A stretch of 64,000 bases of DNA from Tubiluchus corallicola (Eukaryota; Animalia; Priapulida), in contig JAQGDQ010000985.1 in NCBI GenBank assembly GCA_030141605.1, positions 8,988 to 72,987 of the forward strand. The letters run 5' to 3'. Both the position numbers and the translations under genes were made by a program. Below, one piece after another: positions 1-18,620 of the stretch; position 1 is the first letter of the stretch; every line of letters begins with the position of its first letter. The notes under the pieces were generated by a model, which had not been told where the DNA came from, did no database searches, and saw only the letters and a list, made by a program, of their open reading frames with translations.

Positions 1-1977
1 ATATGTTGTGGAGAAAAATATCCCAAGGATTAATCCTAACAACCTTAGCAATATGTAATTCTCATTGTGACAACCGATTAGCTAAAATATCACGGCTGTT
101 ACTTACGATTTTTTTAGAATGTCTACCGCTTTAAGGTTCTTATTACGGTGTTTTTTCCTGGGTAAATAGTACTAAGTACTGCAGATACACGTGTATATTA
201 TTTTGCAGGCCTATTTAAGATTTTTCTTCAATTGTATTGGCGTGTTGCAAGTGCTTGTGGCGCCCGGGGATAGAAAAACTTCTGGCGCGCTACCCTTTTA
301 ATGTTTTGATCATTTGTTTGCTGGGTGAAGTCACAAATTGTGCGCGTTTTTTGCGTCCGAGTCCAACCTTCCCTTTTTGACATGATGGGATAAAGATAAA
401 CGATTTTTTTCTAAGAATCGCCGAGTCTGATTTGCAGTACTGTCGCAGAGTAACTCTTTTCTACGCATTAGTTGCGCATAACATGACAGTCCATAAACAT
501 TCAAGATTATGAAAGATTCAGAACCTACAGGTTTTCACAATAATACAATCAGCACTTAAAGAAACGTCACTGTTTCTCCCAAAATTATCAATCTACTAAG
601 CCACACGACACCCTACACAGGCCGTTAAGTAACACCATTAGCCTTTTTCTAGGCTGTATGTAGTAACTAATTAAGTCAGCTAGGGTGATCTCTGATCACT
701 CAATTTTCCTGTATTTCGAAAACTTTTGTTAATTGTTTTGTTAATGTCGAATTAGTTATTAATAATTAACAATCATTGAACTCTAGAAGAATTTTGCGTT
801 CCCTCACCCTTGCGCATGTTGGCGATTGTCCCCACCCCCCGTTGCCCCACTACGCCTCTGTGTAATTGTTAGGAACTTGTAATTCTTGGTATGGACAATG
901 TTGCAAGTGATTAAATGTAAAAATTACCAGTTCAATGCCAAGTTGTGATAGAATACAGTCAATTTATATCAATCGTGTTTTAGGAGTGAACGTTGCATTG
1001 TAACTGTAAATGAAATGTAAAGTATATGAACCGATGGACTAGTCGTATTTAATGATGTGGACGGTCCACGAGAGGAAAAGGCAAGGTCCCTTGCTTAGAT
1101 ATACCTAATTACTACTGATTATTACTGTGATAATGAACAATTTACAACATTATACTATGAATTATGAAAAGCGATTTATTTTTTTTATGACTGTTTTAGT
1201 ATACCAGCGATTTTGTGTTTGTTGATAAATCTCGTTTATTTAGCATCTGTACCGTTTCACAACAGTACTGATTATCGCAGCATTGAATGTATTTGGTGTT
1301 AAAACTTTAAAACTCAAAGTACTTTTTTCCTACTTTAGCCATGTAATTGTTAATATTGCAGGCGGTTATCACTATGTAATGAAAAATGTTTCTTTATGTT
1401 TGTCCAAATATTACGTGTATTCGTAGCATTAGGAATTTTTAGAGGGTTTAAAATAGCAGCCACATAAGATACTTTAGCCTTTTTATGGCAACTTTAATAA
1501 AAAAAAATGTATATCTATGATTCACAGGGCATATAATATTTCAATGAATTAATAAGATAATGGTATATATATATATATGTGTGTGTGTGTTGACGTTGCC
1601 TCTTAAGTATGACGATTTTTAAATGCAGGGTTTGCCCATTTACCTTAAATTTATATTATTTTAACTCTTATAAGGTTTTTAAATTATTTTTTTGTAAAAG
1701 CCGATGAAAACTTAACTAATGTTTTTGAATTATATAAATGTACCATTTAACCTTTTTGTGATATTAGTTATTATACTTCTGTGGATTAGAGCTCTGTCTT
1801 TATTATTATTTTATGATTAATCCTAATTATAATAATGCATGTAACATAGCATTTTTATTTAAAAATATAAGCTGTGATAATTTCAAGCAACTAATAAATA
1901 AATATTTACAAATTTTGCTTATTAGCTGCGTTAATTATTATTTTATACAGATATTCATTTAGATATATAGCAAAAAA

Positions 1978-2097
1978 AACTACGGCCAAATCACGTTGAA
2001 AACACCGGTTCTCGTCTGATCACCGAAGTTAAGCATCGTAGAGCCTGGTTAGTGCTTGGATGGGTGACCGCCTAGGAATACCAGGTGCTGTAGGTTT
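1978..2097 (+). pseudogene. 5S rRNA-like sequence forming the SINE head
   Basis: CTACGGCCA...CACCGGTTCTCGTCTGATCACCGAAGTTAAGC...GCCTGGTTAGTGCTTGGATGGGTGACCGCCTAGGAATACCAGGTGCTGTAGGTTT matches metazoan 5S rRNA, including internal control region boxes. It is not in a tandem array. Confidence 0.85.
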
Positions 2098-2478
2098 GCG
2101 GGATGCCCACACTGTATCGCGACACTAGGCGAAGGAGCTGTACAAGCAGCCAACGGCTAGAGGGTGGAGGAGGTCAAGTGACCCAACGGCCATGTGTAGA
2201 GGAGTAAACCTTCCAAATCAGGAGTGGAGCCCCGAAGGTGGACCAGTGCAGCATGCTCACTGACTCCGGCAGCTCCTGCAGCCAACCTGGTGCCAAACGT
2301 ATCGCTCCGCTTTCCTTTGGACTACACCAGGGAGGAATAGAGGGGGTTCCTGCGGTCTGGGCAACTCAGGATCTCCATACACCTTGCCCAGGCGTGCGCC
2401 CTAGAGACGTTCAAGGATCGGACTCTCTTGCCGCACATTCCATTGTCTTCCGAGACAGAAGGATGCCAACAACAACAA
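1978..2478 (+). mobile_element. 5S rRNA-derived SINE (SINE3-type), long variant
   Basis: Full 5S-like head (~1978-2097) without a T4+ Pol III terminator runs into a ~380-nt body ending ...CATTGTCTTCCGAGACAGAAGGATGCC(AAC)n. Head, first ~100 nt of body and tail are shared with a minus-strand copy at 17339-17646. Confidence 0.8.
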
Positions 2479-2699
2479 TTTCATCTGAATGACATTCTGT
2501 ACGCTAAACGCTGGAACAATCAGATAACATAAACCATTGTACTGACCAAATCTGCTTCAGCATCAAGAGCGTGAAACGTCCTAGTACGAACCAGATGGAG
2601 CCAAGAGCACGCATGCGAATACGTGGGTAAATCACTCTTAATGGAGTCGCAACAGAAAACAGTAATCGCTATAAGCGTTGAACTAGAAGCATTCATGTT

Positions 2700-8424
<5,725 letters not shown>

Positions 8425-10489
8425 TATCGAAAAAATTGAATTTGATGACAAATAGCTTTAAAGAGAGGGAGAGCCTGTCCTGATCGGGCACTGTTACCAC
8501 TAATTTATGTCTAATTTATTGCAGCGAGAAAGTATGCATTACGCTTAAACCTTAGTGGGTATTGATTGATTTGCTCTTACCTGTGATTTTGCATTAATTG
8601 TGCTGTGAAAATAATCCAGTCAAAAATAGTCATTAGAGAAACATAACGAACGATTTGTATAAATTGTGGTCACACTAATAATACACTTTATTAACAAATT
8701 TAACTGTTACACTTTACATTACGTTACAAGTTACAAATTATAACAAAAATAATCACATAATTCACAGCACTTTAAATAATTTCACATATAAGCTTATATA
8801 AAAAACAAGAAAAAGGGGACCACCTTTTGTGATACCTGCTGTTAGGTGGTCACCGATTAGCGGTGACACTTCCTTTTTATAGGCAAGGTTAACTAAACGC
8901 AGGGTTACACATGCTTGAAAGAAGCATACGATCTAAATAATATTGTAAGGCTACCACAGAAGCCAGGCTTGGTTTAAAACGGATTTTCCGACAATAACAG
9001 GTATAAGTTTTGCAAAAAACGGCCGAAAAATGGCCATTTTTGGAGGTTTTTCGCCCCCCGTTCGTCCCGGTGGGCTCGATTCGAAAAATAAACCCCCAAT
9101 GGCACGACACGAATCTTATATATTCAACGGTAATTCAACGATGGGTGTAGTACGTGTACTTAGAATTCGCGAGAGGGCCACGGCGTCCCGTAACGGGCGT
9201 ATTCCCGGTCCTAACTCCCAATTTTTTCGAAATTTTGGCCAAACGGCCTGTAGAAAAAAACGAACGGCTTTTGGCAGGATAAAATGTGGTGAAAACAGGG
9301 TTTAGACAATCACCCTGCGGAAAACCAGTGTTTGTGTAAAATTCCGAGTTAAACACACCATCACATCTTACTTGCATGAATAGCAGCATAGTGAAACCAT
9401 GCAAAACATTTTGTACAAAGTTATATTGTGTGCTATGACAAACGTTATTAGACCCATCTATCAATAATCAATAATGTACAGGCATTCTACATTAGTTTTG
9501 CGTATTGCTTCTCAGATGATAATAAGCTAACAAATATAGCTTACATGTATAACACTGTAGAATGGATGGTGACAACAATGCCTGGAACAGCCGCGAAATT
9601 TCTCAAAGTCGAAAACAATGGGTGTTCCAAACAGCGTACAGCACGGGGGGGGGCAACACTCTCCCGTTTTGGGACATCTAGTGGACATCTCTCTCAAGGA
9701 AACCAACACTTTGAAGACGGTTTCGTCCTCCTTCTGAGTTTGTTTATATTTTATCAACATGCCCAAACAGTTGCACAAATCGAGTTTTTCTAGGGCTGCT
9801 TGTGTAGTTTTTAGCAAAATTCATGTGTATGGGTCCGGAAAAACGCCCACTACGGGAACTTACACCCACCGTTTCAAATCTCTAGAAATAAGAGGTACAA
9901 GTTTTTGCGAGAAACGGGCGCAAATGGCCATTTTTGGAGATTTTTCGCCCCGTTCCTTCCGGTGACCCAATTCGAAAAAATAACCCCAAATAAGACCACA
10001 CTAGATCGAGACATTTCGTTCGATATTATATAGATCGCCGAAGATGTTGAAGTCATTTGAGCTGGGGTCTGTAGCCTCGTCGGTTATAAATACACATGAC
10101 CATGGCTCATATATCTTTCAGGTCATTCATAATCAACAAAAAATAATGATTTTATCTCATTTACTATAACTAGCTGCTATAAATAATTTTAGAAATTTTA
10201 GGCTCTCTTTTGAAAATCAATTCGTTCTTGACAAATTGTCGCGGACTGTAGCAAGTGTAAAACAGTCGCGATTTCAAACACTTGTCGAAGCCGCATTCAT
10301 AGGTAGTTTTGACCATGTAAAGGTAACATGGCACACGTGATCTTAAACTTGTACCTAATCTATTTTTAGTTATAATGCATATCGAATGTTATAAAAGCTT
10401 TCTGTCAAACTAACTCATTGGTAATGTCTAGATACTGTGTCTTACCACAGTACCAAATTTCGTATTTCGTATTTCGAAAGATTTTGAAG

Positions 10490-10880
10490 TCTTCTTCTTC
10501 TTCTTCTTCACTGAATCAAACGTCCAGGGACATGATTCTGCCCACCTCTCTATGCCAGGACTCCCTACACGCTACAATGCCCCAAGTGGATTTGTTTCTA
10601 AGGATCAATGCTGAAGTGTTTAAATCTTTCTGTGCAAAATCTAAGTATGTTAACATTTGTCCTCCTGCAGGTTTTTTAGCAGGTTCTATGGCTTGTTGAA
10701 GAGCTAACTTCACTGGAACGTCATCAGGTAGTCTAAGCATATGCCCAATCCATCTTAAACGTCGTCTTTTTATTTTTCTTGTCCAAGGTTCTTCTTTTGT
10801 TTTTCATATAGATCTTTGTTTGAAATTTTCTTTGGACATCTAATACCCAAAATGTTTCTGTAATTTCGCCTTTTTTTGAA
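10490..10880 (-). mobile_element. RTE-clade LINE 3' fragment with (GAA)n tail
   Basis: Minus-strand reading RRLRWIGHMLRLPDDVPVKLAL...ACRESWHREV is typical of the RTE ORF C-terminus, and is followed by a GAA repeat tail (TCT repeat at ~10490-10509 on +). Confidence 0.7.
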
Positions 10881-11508
10881 GTCAGTAAGATGCCAATTTT
10901 ATAAGTTTTTCGGGCGTTGCTAGGCAATCATGGTCACCATGGTAACCAAATTTTTCACTGCACAAGTATAAACCTGCCCGCTGTGAATGTTTACTTAGAA
11001 AAAGATGAGCAGTTCTTCTGATAAGAGTGCCTTTTACCCTCAGTCCACATTGCGCTACATTGTTTTTATATGATTACTTACTAGGCATCCTGTCACGAAA
11101 GCTTAAACTACCATGCATGTTTACACAGGCCAAATAAGCTATATAGAGAGAGGCGAAATAAGAGTAGCTAATTGTGCATAATGGCATATAACACAAACAG
11201 AACTTTTAACTTGCTATTTAAATAACTGCACAAATTCATTTTTCATTCAATTTCGAGTGCTTATGAAAGTCGTTCGTTTTACTTTGATTTTATAAGCAAA
11301 ATGGCGTCTTCTGTCACCCCTTTCTTCAGTTAGCTAAGTCGACCTTGTGTACCTCGTGTCCTTTATGTGTAAATAAGGACATGAAAAAGATAAGTTTAGA
11401 TAACTCATTTTCGCCAAATTATCTCTGCAAGTATTTGGTAGTCATCGCATTATAAATTTATGTTACTGTCATATACTTCGCTCTATACGTCAACATAGGA
11501 AACAAAGA

Positions 11509-14500
11509 ATGTCTGAAGAAATAGAGTGTGACGGGGATTACAGCTTTCAGGCTGAGAAGCCACTACATTTGCTGTCATCTTACGTGTTCCATGGAGTGCA
11601 TTTTCCACATCCAGGTCTGTTGACTGCGAGCGGCTTTGCGACCATTGGAAAACCCGAAACAATCTACAATTTGGAATGCAGAGACGACGACATATTCGTT
11701 AGCAGTTATCCCAAGTCTGGTGAGTCGTAACGATTGGTATTTTTGCTCCTGAAAAGCAAACTGTCTATATCTTGAATTCATTAACAAATGTCGTGACGCT
11801 TACGATTTCTTTATCTTATTTTTTATTAGTTCTTAATTATGATCATTAGTCATATTATTACATTCTCTTGTTAAAACATTAAAAATCCTACACAAGAAAT
11901 TTCAGCTATAAAATAAGTCTATTTCTTTACATACAGTCTGAACTTTCATCCTTGAACTAGTATGCATAACATTTACCTTCATTGAATTGCTGGCTTCCTT
12001 GCTTCACGGAAAAAACTTACCTGGGCAGTTGGCTTTCAGAGATCACTGAGTAAGCATGTGACTTAAACTGAGAGAGCAATGTATAGTGCTGTTAATGATT
12101 TATATAAATAAAGCTCACCTGTATTCTACTTGAATTCTACCTGTATGCTAGTGTGTTAGCAATTACCTTCAGAACTTCTTCATAACAAATCGGTTTTCAA
12201 TATAATTATTATTTTATTAGTAGGTTATCGTAATACGTACAAGCCTCTTTTGGAATGTAATTTCATGCTACGCAGAGTAAAGTAGTGTAAATGAGTATAA
12301 TGTACAGCTTTAGAATGGTTTAAAAAGCAACGCACTTTTTATAAGCCAAGGCGTTTCTTCAGATCGGCCATATATTTCAACGAAATTATTCCAAATCGAA
12401 ATCAAATCAAAAGGAATTTATTTAGTGGAAAAGATAAGTCCATAGAGCATTTAACCAGCTAACATGACGTGCGTGTACTTTTGCGATTGCAAAATGTAAG
12501 CACTGCCTTGTACGAGTGGTGTTTTATGCATTAACACACTCCATTGAATTCAGACAGCAAGACTTGGGACTAGTTCCCAAACTCCAGAACAAGGATTAAT
12601 TAAAAATGCTAACTGAATTTACTGTTGCTATGCCAACAGGATCAACTTGATGCCTTGGTGGCAACAGGCATGGCATATCTTCTTGCAGGTTATTTTTGTT
12701 AAGTGAGTCTTCTGGGGGCGCAAATGTTTACTGCGATAATATTAATACTGTCTTTACTGTTTCGTGTTGCACAACCACGAATGATAAATAATCGAAGTTC
12801 TCTTTCAGGAAACACTTGGACGAGAGAAATAGTTTATCGTATAGTGAAAGATCCAGATGTGAAGAAATTTGACACAAGAATACAAGATATACGATGCCCC
12901 GACCTTGAACTTTAGTGAGACATTTTGTATCTTGTCCCCTATTATTTTAATATTTTGGCTTGGTACATTATTGATGATGTTGGTAACCAGTTACTGCTAC
13001 GTGAGTACATAGCACTAATAAGTGTAGTGACACAGCAAAGAATCACAGTCACAAATATATATATATAAGTATAGTACCTTTAGTGTACTTTTTAGATCCA
13101 GATCTAATGCAAAACGTCACACAGCTCAAACCTCACAAACTCTTGCTCGTTGACAGCCACTACCATAAACATACGAAAACAAGAAAAATAAGTGGACGTT
13201 TAGTAACGATAAGTCACTTATTCCAGAAAATATATCATTGTTATATTTACCTTCATGCAAAAAATCGTCTTGCAAAACACGAAAAAAGTGAACTTGATAG
13301 TTTCGTTTAAGAATATGTGCATAATATGTCAAGGTTTTGTGTGAAAGATTAAATGTTGTTACCGCACGACCAAAATGTTGATCTTTCATGAAAAGTCTAC
13401 CGCAACATAAAGCTTATTGTAAAAGTAAAATGTAGATCTTTTTACGTATATTTATGTTGCAACTAATTATTTTACAGTATCTTAGGACCAACGTTAAACC
13501 CAGACTAAACTTTGTAAATAGAAGTTTTATTTTGTACAGTAGAATCTGGTAACCTCTTGCTATGTGCACAAATCTAGAAATTTGAAGTTAATCCATTATA
13601 TGCAACGCCAAAAGCTCAAACTTTGAATTGAGACCTTACTGTTAATTTGTAATTCCTAATTAAATTGATCTCAACAACGATAGCAACGATAACGACAGCC
13701 CATATCAGTGACGCCGTTTAGTAATAGACTAGTAGTATAGTTTAATTAACAAAAATTATCTTTTTTTGCATGGAGTGAAACATATTTCATCTATCTTATG
13801 TCTAAAAAAAGATACATTACGTTTTACATTACTATATACAACAAAATGAAAAAAATAAGCATCGAAAAAACACAAAAAACAAAATATGATTGTTTGTTAA
13901 ATGTACAAATCGTGCGATATATAACATAGCAGTAACAACAAAATACGTCTATTCGTCTGTTTTTCTTTTATATACACTTATATACCTTTGTACTCATGGC
14001 TTTTAGTGAACTGGATGGAGGTGGGTGGAAAGGCCACGAGGCACCGCCACTCAAAGACTTTGAGTCTCCTCGAGTTATGAAGTGTCACTCTCCATGGAAT
14101 TGTATGCCAAAAGAGTCAACCATGGAAAATAGTAAAAGCAAGGCAAGTTACTTTTGAAATTACTGCGTATGTATGATCAATCGTCAGTAAACAATGTTGG
14201 AGCAAGTTAAAGTTACAGCCAGATCAATAATGATGAGTAATTTTGGAAAACTTTACAGATAATCTATGTAAGTCGTAACTTTAAAGATGTGGCAGTATCT
14301 TTCTACTTTTACGCGCGAAGTTTGAAGATACCAGGAGAGGGAAACCTCGTTGAGGATGATGTGAAAACAATGACGCAACGTTTCATGAACCGCAAATGTG
14401 AGTATATGAAAAAGAAATAAAATTAATGTTAACTGCATTTTTGTAAAGCAACGCCCAATGTTCTGTTAGAAAAATACTGCTATTGATTGTTGTTTCTGAG

Positions 14501-17500
14501 TAGGTAATTTTTGGTAGGCACACGTTAACAATCTGTTATGGCGGAAAGAGCCGAGAAGCAACCATCAGACTGCTACTATAACAATTTGTTATGGAGGAAG
14601 TAAACTGACAAGCAACCATCAGACTGCTACTATAACAATTTGTTATGGAGGAAGTAAACTGACAAGCAACCATCAGACTGCTACTATAACAATTTGTTAT
14701 GGAGGAAGTAAACTGATAAGCAACCATCAGACTGCTACTATAACAATTTGTTATGGCGGAAGTAAACTGATAAGCAACCATCAGACTGCTGCTATAACAA
14801 TTTGTTATGGAGGAAGTAAACTGATAAGCAACCATCAGACTGCTACTATAACAATTTGTTATGGAGGAAGTAAACTGACAAGCAACCATCAGACTGCTGC
14901 TATAACAATTTGTTATGACGGAAGTAAACTGATAAGCAACCATCAGACTGCTACTATAACAAATTGTTATGACGGAAGTAAACTGATAAGCAACCATCAG
15001 ACTGCTACTATAACAATTTGTTATGGAGGAAGTAAACTGATAAGCATCCATCAGACTGCTACTATAACAATTTGTTATGGAGGAAGTAAACTGATAAGCA
15101 ACCATCAGACTGCTACTATAACAATTTGTTATGACGGAAGTAAACTGATAAGCAACCATCAGACTGCTACTATAACAATTTGTTATGGAGGAAATAAACT
15201 GATAAGCAACCATCAGACTGCTACTATAACAATTTGTTATGGCGGAAGTAAACTGATAAGCAACCATCAGACTGCTACTATAACAATTTGTTATGGAGGA
15301 AGTAAACTGACAAGCAACCATCAGACTGCTACTATAACAATTTGTTATGGCGGAAGTAAACTGACAAGCAACCATCAGACTGCTACTATAACAATTTGTT
15401 ATGGAGGAAGTAAACTGATAAGCAACCATCAGACTGCTACTATAGCCTACTGTTTCAACTACTGTTGCCTACTTTGCACTTATTTATTTATTTTTGTTTT
15501 TATTTGGCAAAAACAGTTTTACATAGCGAGCTGCATTTGATATCTACATTTTTTCAACTATTGTGAACCTCAATCCACAAAAAATGAATTGGCTACTTTT
15601 TTCTCGGCAGAAATCATCTTGGTAGCAACTTGCTGAGCTTCCATGCTTTCACACAGCGAGTTGTCAGATTTACGAATCAATCTTTTATTTATGTATTTAT
15701 TTGTTATTATTATCACATTCAGTACAATATAATGACATTAAGCACACAGTGACATCAAAATTATTACATCTACTGTATTAAATTGTTATGTTTCATACAC
15801 TATCGTTATCATAAAAGAATAATTGTACTGCAGTGGGCTAGAGAAGCAAAGCCCACTGTCATGTGAACCCGATAAAAAAATAATGGATGAGTGAACAAAA
15901 AAAAAGAACTGGGAGAAAGGTTAGATCACACAGGAAGGGTAGAAGGATGTGTTAGTGGAAATGGTAGGAAGAAAGATAATAGATTGCGCTATGTTGACAT
16001 ATTTATTTTGTCATTATTTTATTTTGCATTAACAATCCGAGATAAATTAGAAAATGTTTCTTTTTTTAGCCATATACGGAGGCTATGCATTCCATAACCT
16101 AGGATTTTGGGAGCAGAGACATAGAGATAATGTTTTGTTTATATTCTATGAAGACATGGTAAAGGTGAGCTACTCCAGAATTTTTTCAGTCCATTTGGAA
16201 ACTTACTTCATTCATTGGTTAAAATACATACAGATTTGCTTTGGGAGCCTACTATATAGGCCTACTATATACTCGATTATACAGGAAATTCTTCTATTGC
16301 TTTAAACTAAACTCTTAATGGCAGGATCCAGTTGCGGCTGTGAAGAAAGTGGCAAATTTCGTTGGACAAAAACTGACGGACGAGCAGATAATGAAAATCG
16401 TAGCTGAGACATCGTTTGACAAGATGAAAAATGACCCGTCCTGTAATTATGAGTTTCTTGCAGACGTGGGATTTCGACCTGAGGGTGGTACGCCATTCAT
16501 GAGAAAAGGTACTACACGTATAATGATTACAACGAGTATTGGTAGTCAATTTTAGCGTTCCCGATATTTTTAGAGAGTTTTTGTGTCAGAATTTTCATTG
16601 TTCTTTGAAATGGATACAAAACACCAGTTTAATGTGTTGACCAAAAGTTTTTTATTCTGAAAGACAATTATTAACATTTAGTTTAACTTGCATTGAATGG
16701 AAGAAAATTAGTTGTATGATTAAATGTATTGCTATAACTAAGTATTGATATAAAAATTATGTAAACTATATTGAAATTAATTAACAATAACTTACGTTGT
16801 TAGAGCCTTTAACAGTTACAAAGACAGGAATGAGAACTCCAAGTAGCCTTAAGAACAACAATGTCACAACAATGAATTCGTAAGAAATTCACAGTCATAA
16901 TGCTCATCACAGTCAGAAAAATAGAGCAATGGCGGAGAGAACCAAAAGACGGGTAAAATGTCATAAAACTACTATAGCTATAGCTCACGAAAGGCCAAAA
17001 TGCTAATGTATTCAAGGATATTAGGTGCTTCAATTTTAAAAGAGTGACTACTGTAAAAGGTAAAAAGCCTACTAAATAAACAGGTGGCAGCACCGTGGCA
17101 GTAATTGAGAACTAAATTAAAACCAAAAAGGGCCTATGCACCCACTACAGTTCTTAAATACATCTAACCTAAAAAATACACCACACACACGTTACTTTTT
17201 ATCACCCATGAACAAAATAACAGTACATGTATAGTGGAAATTACTCAATGTAGCTACTAGATAGATATCAAGCATCAGCTATCTATATGAAATTAGTTTC
17301 TGTTCAAACAAAATTGATATCATCAACACATCTCATTCGTTGTTGGCATCCTTCTGTCTCGGAAGACAATGGAGTGTGCGTCAAGAGAATCAGTTATTGA
17401 TCACATTGATGGAGCTGCAGCGCCTCTACACGTGGCCGTTGGTTCACTTGACCTTTGCCGCCCTCTAGCCGTTGGCTGCCTGTGCAGCTCCTCCGCCTAG

Positions 17501-17918
17501 TGTCGAAATACAGTGTGGGCATCCCGCAAGCCTACAGCACCTGGTATTCCTAGGCGGTCACCCATCCAAGTACTAACCAGGCTCTACGTTGCTTAACTTC
17601 GGTGATCAGACGAGAACCGGTGTTTCAAACGTGATTTGACTGTAGTACCGTGATCATGTAATTAGGTATTGATAATATCGTCAAAACCTCGCTCACTTTA
17701 CACTTACATCATATATATAGAATGACGTTTTATGTGAGCAACCTGATTTTCTTTTGCTTCTCTGACATTAATTTTGATTAAAACAACCATTTGTTAATTT
17801 TTTAGGAAAAGTTGGAAACTGGAAGGAACATTTTGATGACGAACTAAACAAAATGACGGACGATTTCATTCAGAAAAATTTCAAAGGAACAGGATTGACC
17901 TTTACTTACGAATTATAG
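11509..17918 (+). CDS. Cytosolic sulfotransferase (Sulfotransfer_1 / SULT1-like), 7 exons, ~327 aa
   Basis: Exons 11509-11719, 12809-12914, 14007-14142, 14259-14397, 16070-16164, 16325-16508 and 17806-17918 join in frame (984 nt). Motifs: 5'-PSB SYPKSGNTW, catalytic RVMKCH, 3'-PB IYVSRNFKDVAVSFY, YEDM, and FMRKGKVGNWKEHF. Confidence 0.92.
14536..15444. repeat. 54-bp minisatellite, ~16.5 copies, in sulfotransferase intron 4
   Basis: Unit GTTATGGAGGAAGTAAACTGATAAGCAACCATCAGACTGCTACTATAACAATTT; it produces the 18-aa-periodic minus-strand ORF 14536-15429. Confidence 0.95.
15705..15999 (-). mobile_element. Short dispersed retroposon-like fragment (copy 1)
   Basis: Near-identical to 18262-18575; on the minus strand it ends in an (ATA)n/A-rich tail, like a 5'-truncated LINE/SINE 3' end. 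Confidence 0.55.
17339..17646 (-). mobile_element. 5S rRNA-derived SINE, short variant, in last sulfotransferase intron
   Basis: 5S-like head 17528-17646 (minus), with the same body start and same 3' tail as 1978-2478, but ~215 nt of the middle is replaced by ~35 unrelated nt. Confidence 0.8.
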
Positions 17919-18261
17919 ACTTAACAGCTATGGTTATCATGCCCCCTGCTATTATATAAAGCCTAATTGCTTCAGAATATAACTTTACACAAGCAGATAG
18001 GTCTTCGCACCTTCCAAATTATCGTATAGAAACAACACATGAATATACAATTAACTGATATGTATCTGTTTTGCGGAAATATTACATTAAATGGCGCTTT
18101 TGTGGTAGTTCTGGTACTTTAGTTTCTTACTGTTGTATGTCTGAATCTTTGTCAGTTATGATTAGGACTAGTTCAGTTTGCAATAGTGAGCTAGTATCGT
18201 TATCTTTCAGACAGCTTTTACATAGGGCTGAATTCAGTTTCTAAGGCAATACTAACATTAT

Positions 18262-18620
18262 TTTTTTATTATTATTATCACATTCAGTACAATATAATGA
18301 CATTAAGCACACAGTGACATCAAAATTATTACATCTACTGTATTAAATTCTTATGTTTCATACACTATCGTTATCATACAAGAATAATTGTACTACAGGG
18401 GGCTAGAGAAGCAAAGGCTTGTATAAGTCCACTGTCATGTGAACCCGATAAAAAAAGAATGGATGAGTGAACAAAAAAAAGAACTGGGAGAAAGGTTAGA
18501 TCACACAGGAAGGGTAGAAGGATGTGTTAGTGGAAATGGTAGGAAGAAAGATAATAGGTTGCACTATGTTGACAGCATGGGTACAGGCAACCTGATGACA
18601 TCATCCCCACCTGTTTATTG
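18262..18620 (-). mobile_element. Short dispersed retroposon-like fragment (copy 2)
   Basis: Direct near-identical repeat of 15705-15999, with the tail toward lower coordinates; the 5' limit is uncertain. Confidence 0.55.

Noticed and set aside
1978-2097. Functional 5S rRNA gene
   Set aside because: Substitutions in the 5' part, no T-run terminator, not arrayed, and fused to a body and tail shared with a second dispersed copy.
8425-8910. 5' LTR of the BEL element
   Set aside because: A TGT start near 8910, AATAAA and two PBS-like strings (8411-8424, 8481-8499) are suggestive, but there is no second LTR in the window to confirm it.
14536-15429. 297-aa ORF with 18-aa periodicity
   Set aside because: By-product of a 54-bp intronic minisatellite, antisense to the sulfotransferase; it has no unique flanking coding sequence and no variable spacers, so it is not CRISPR-like.
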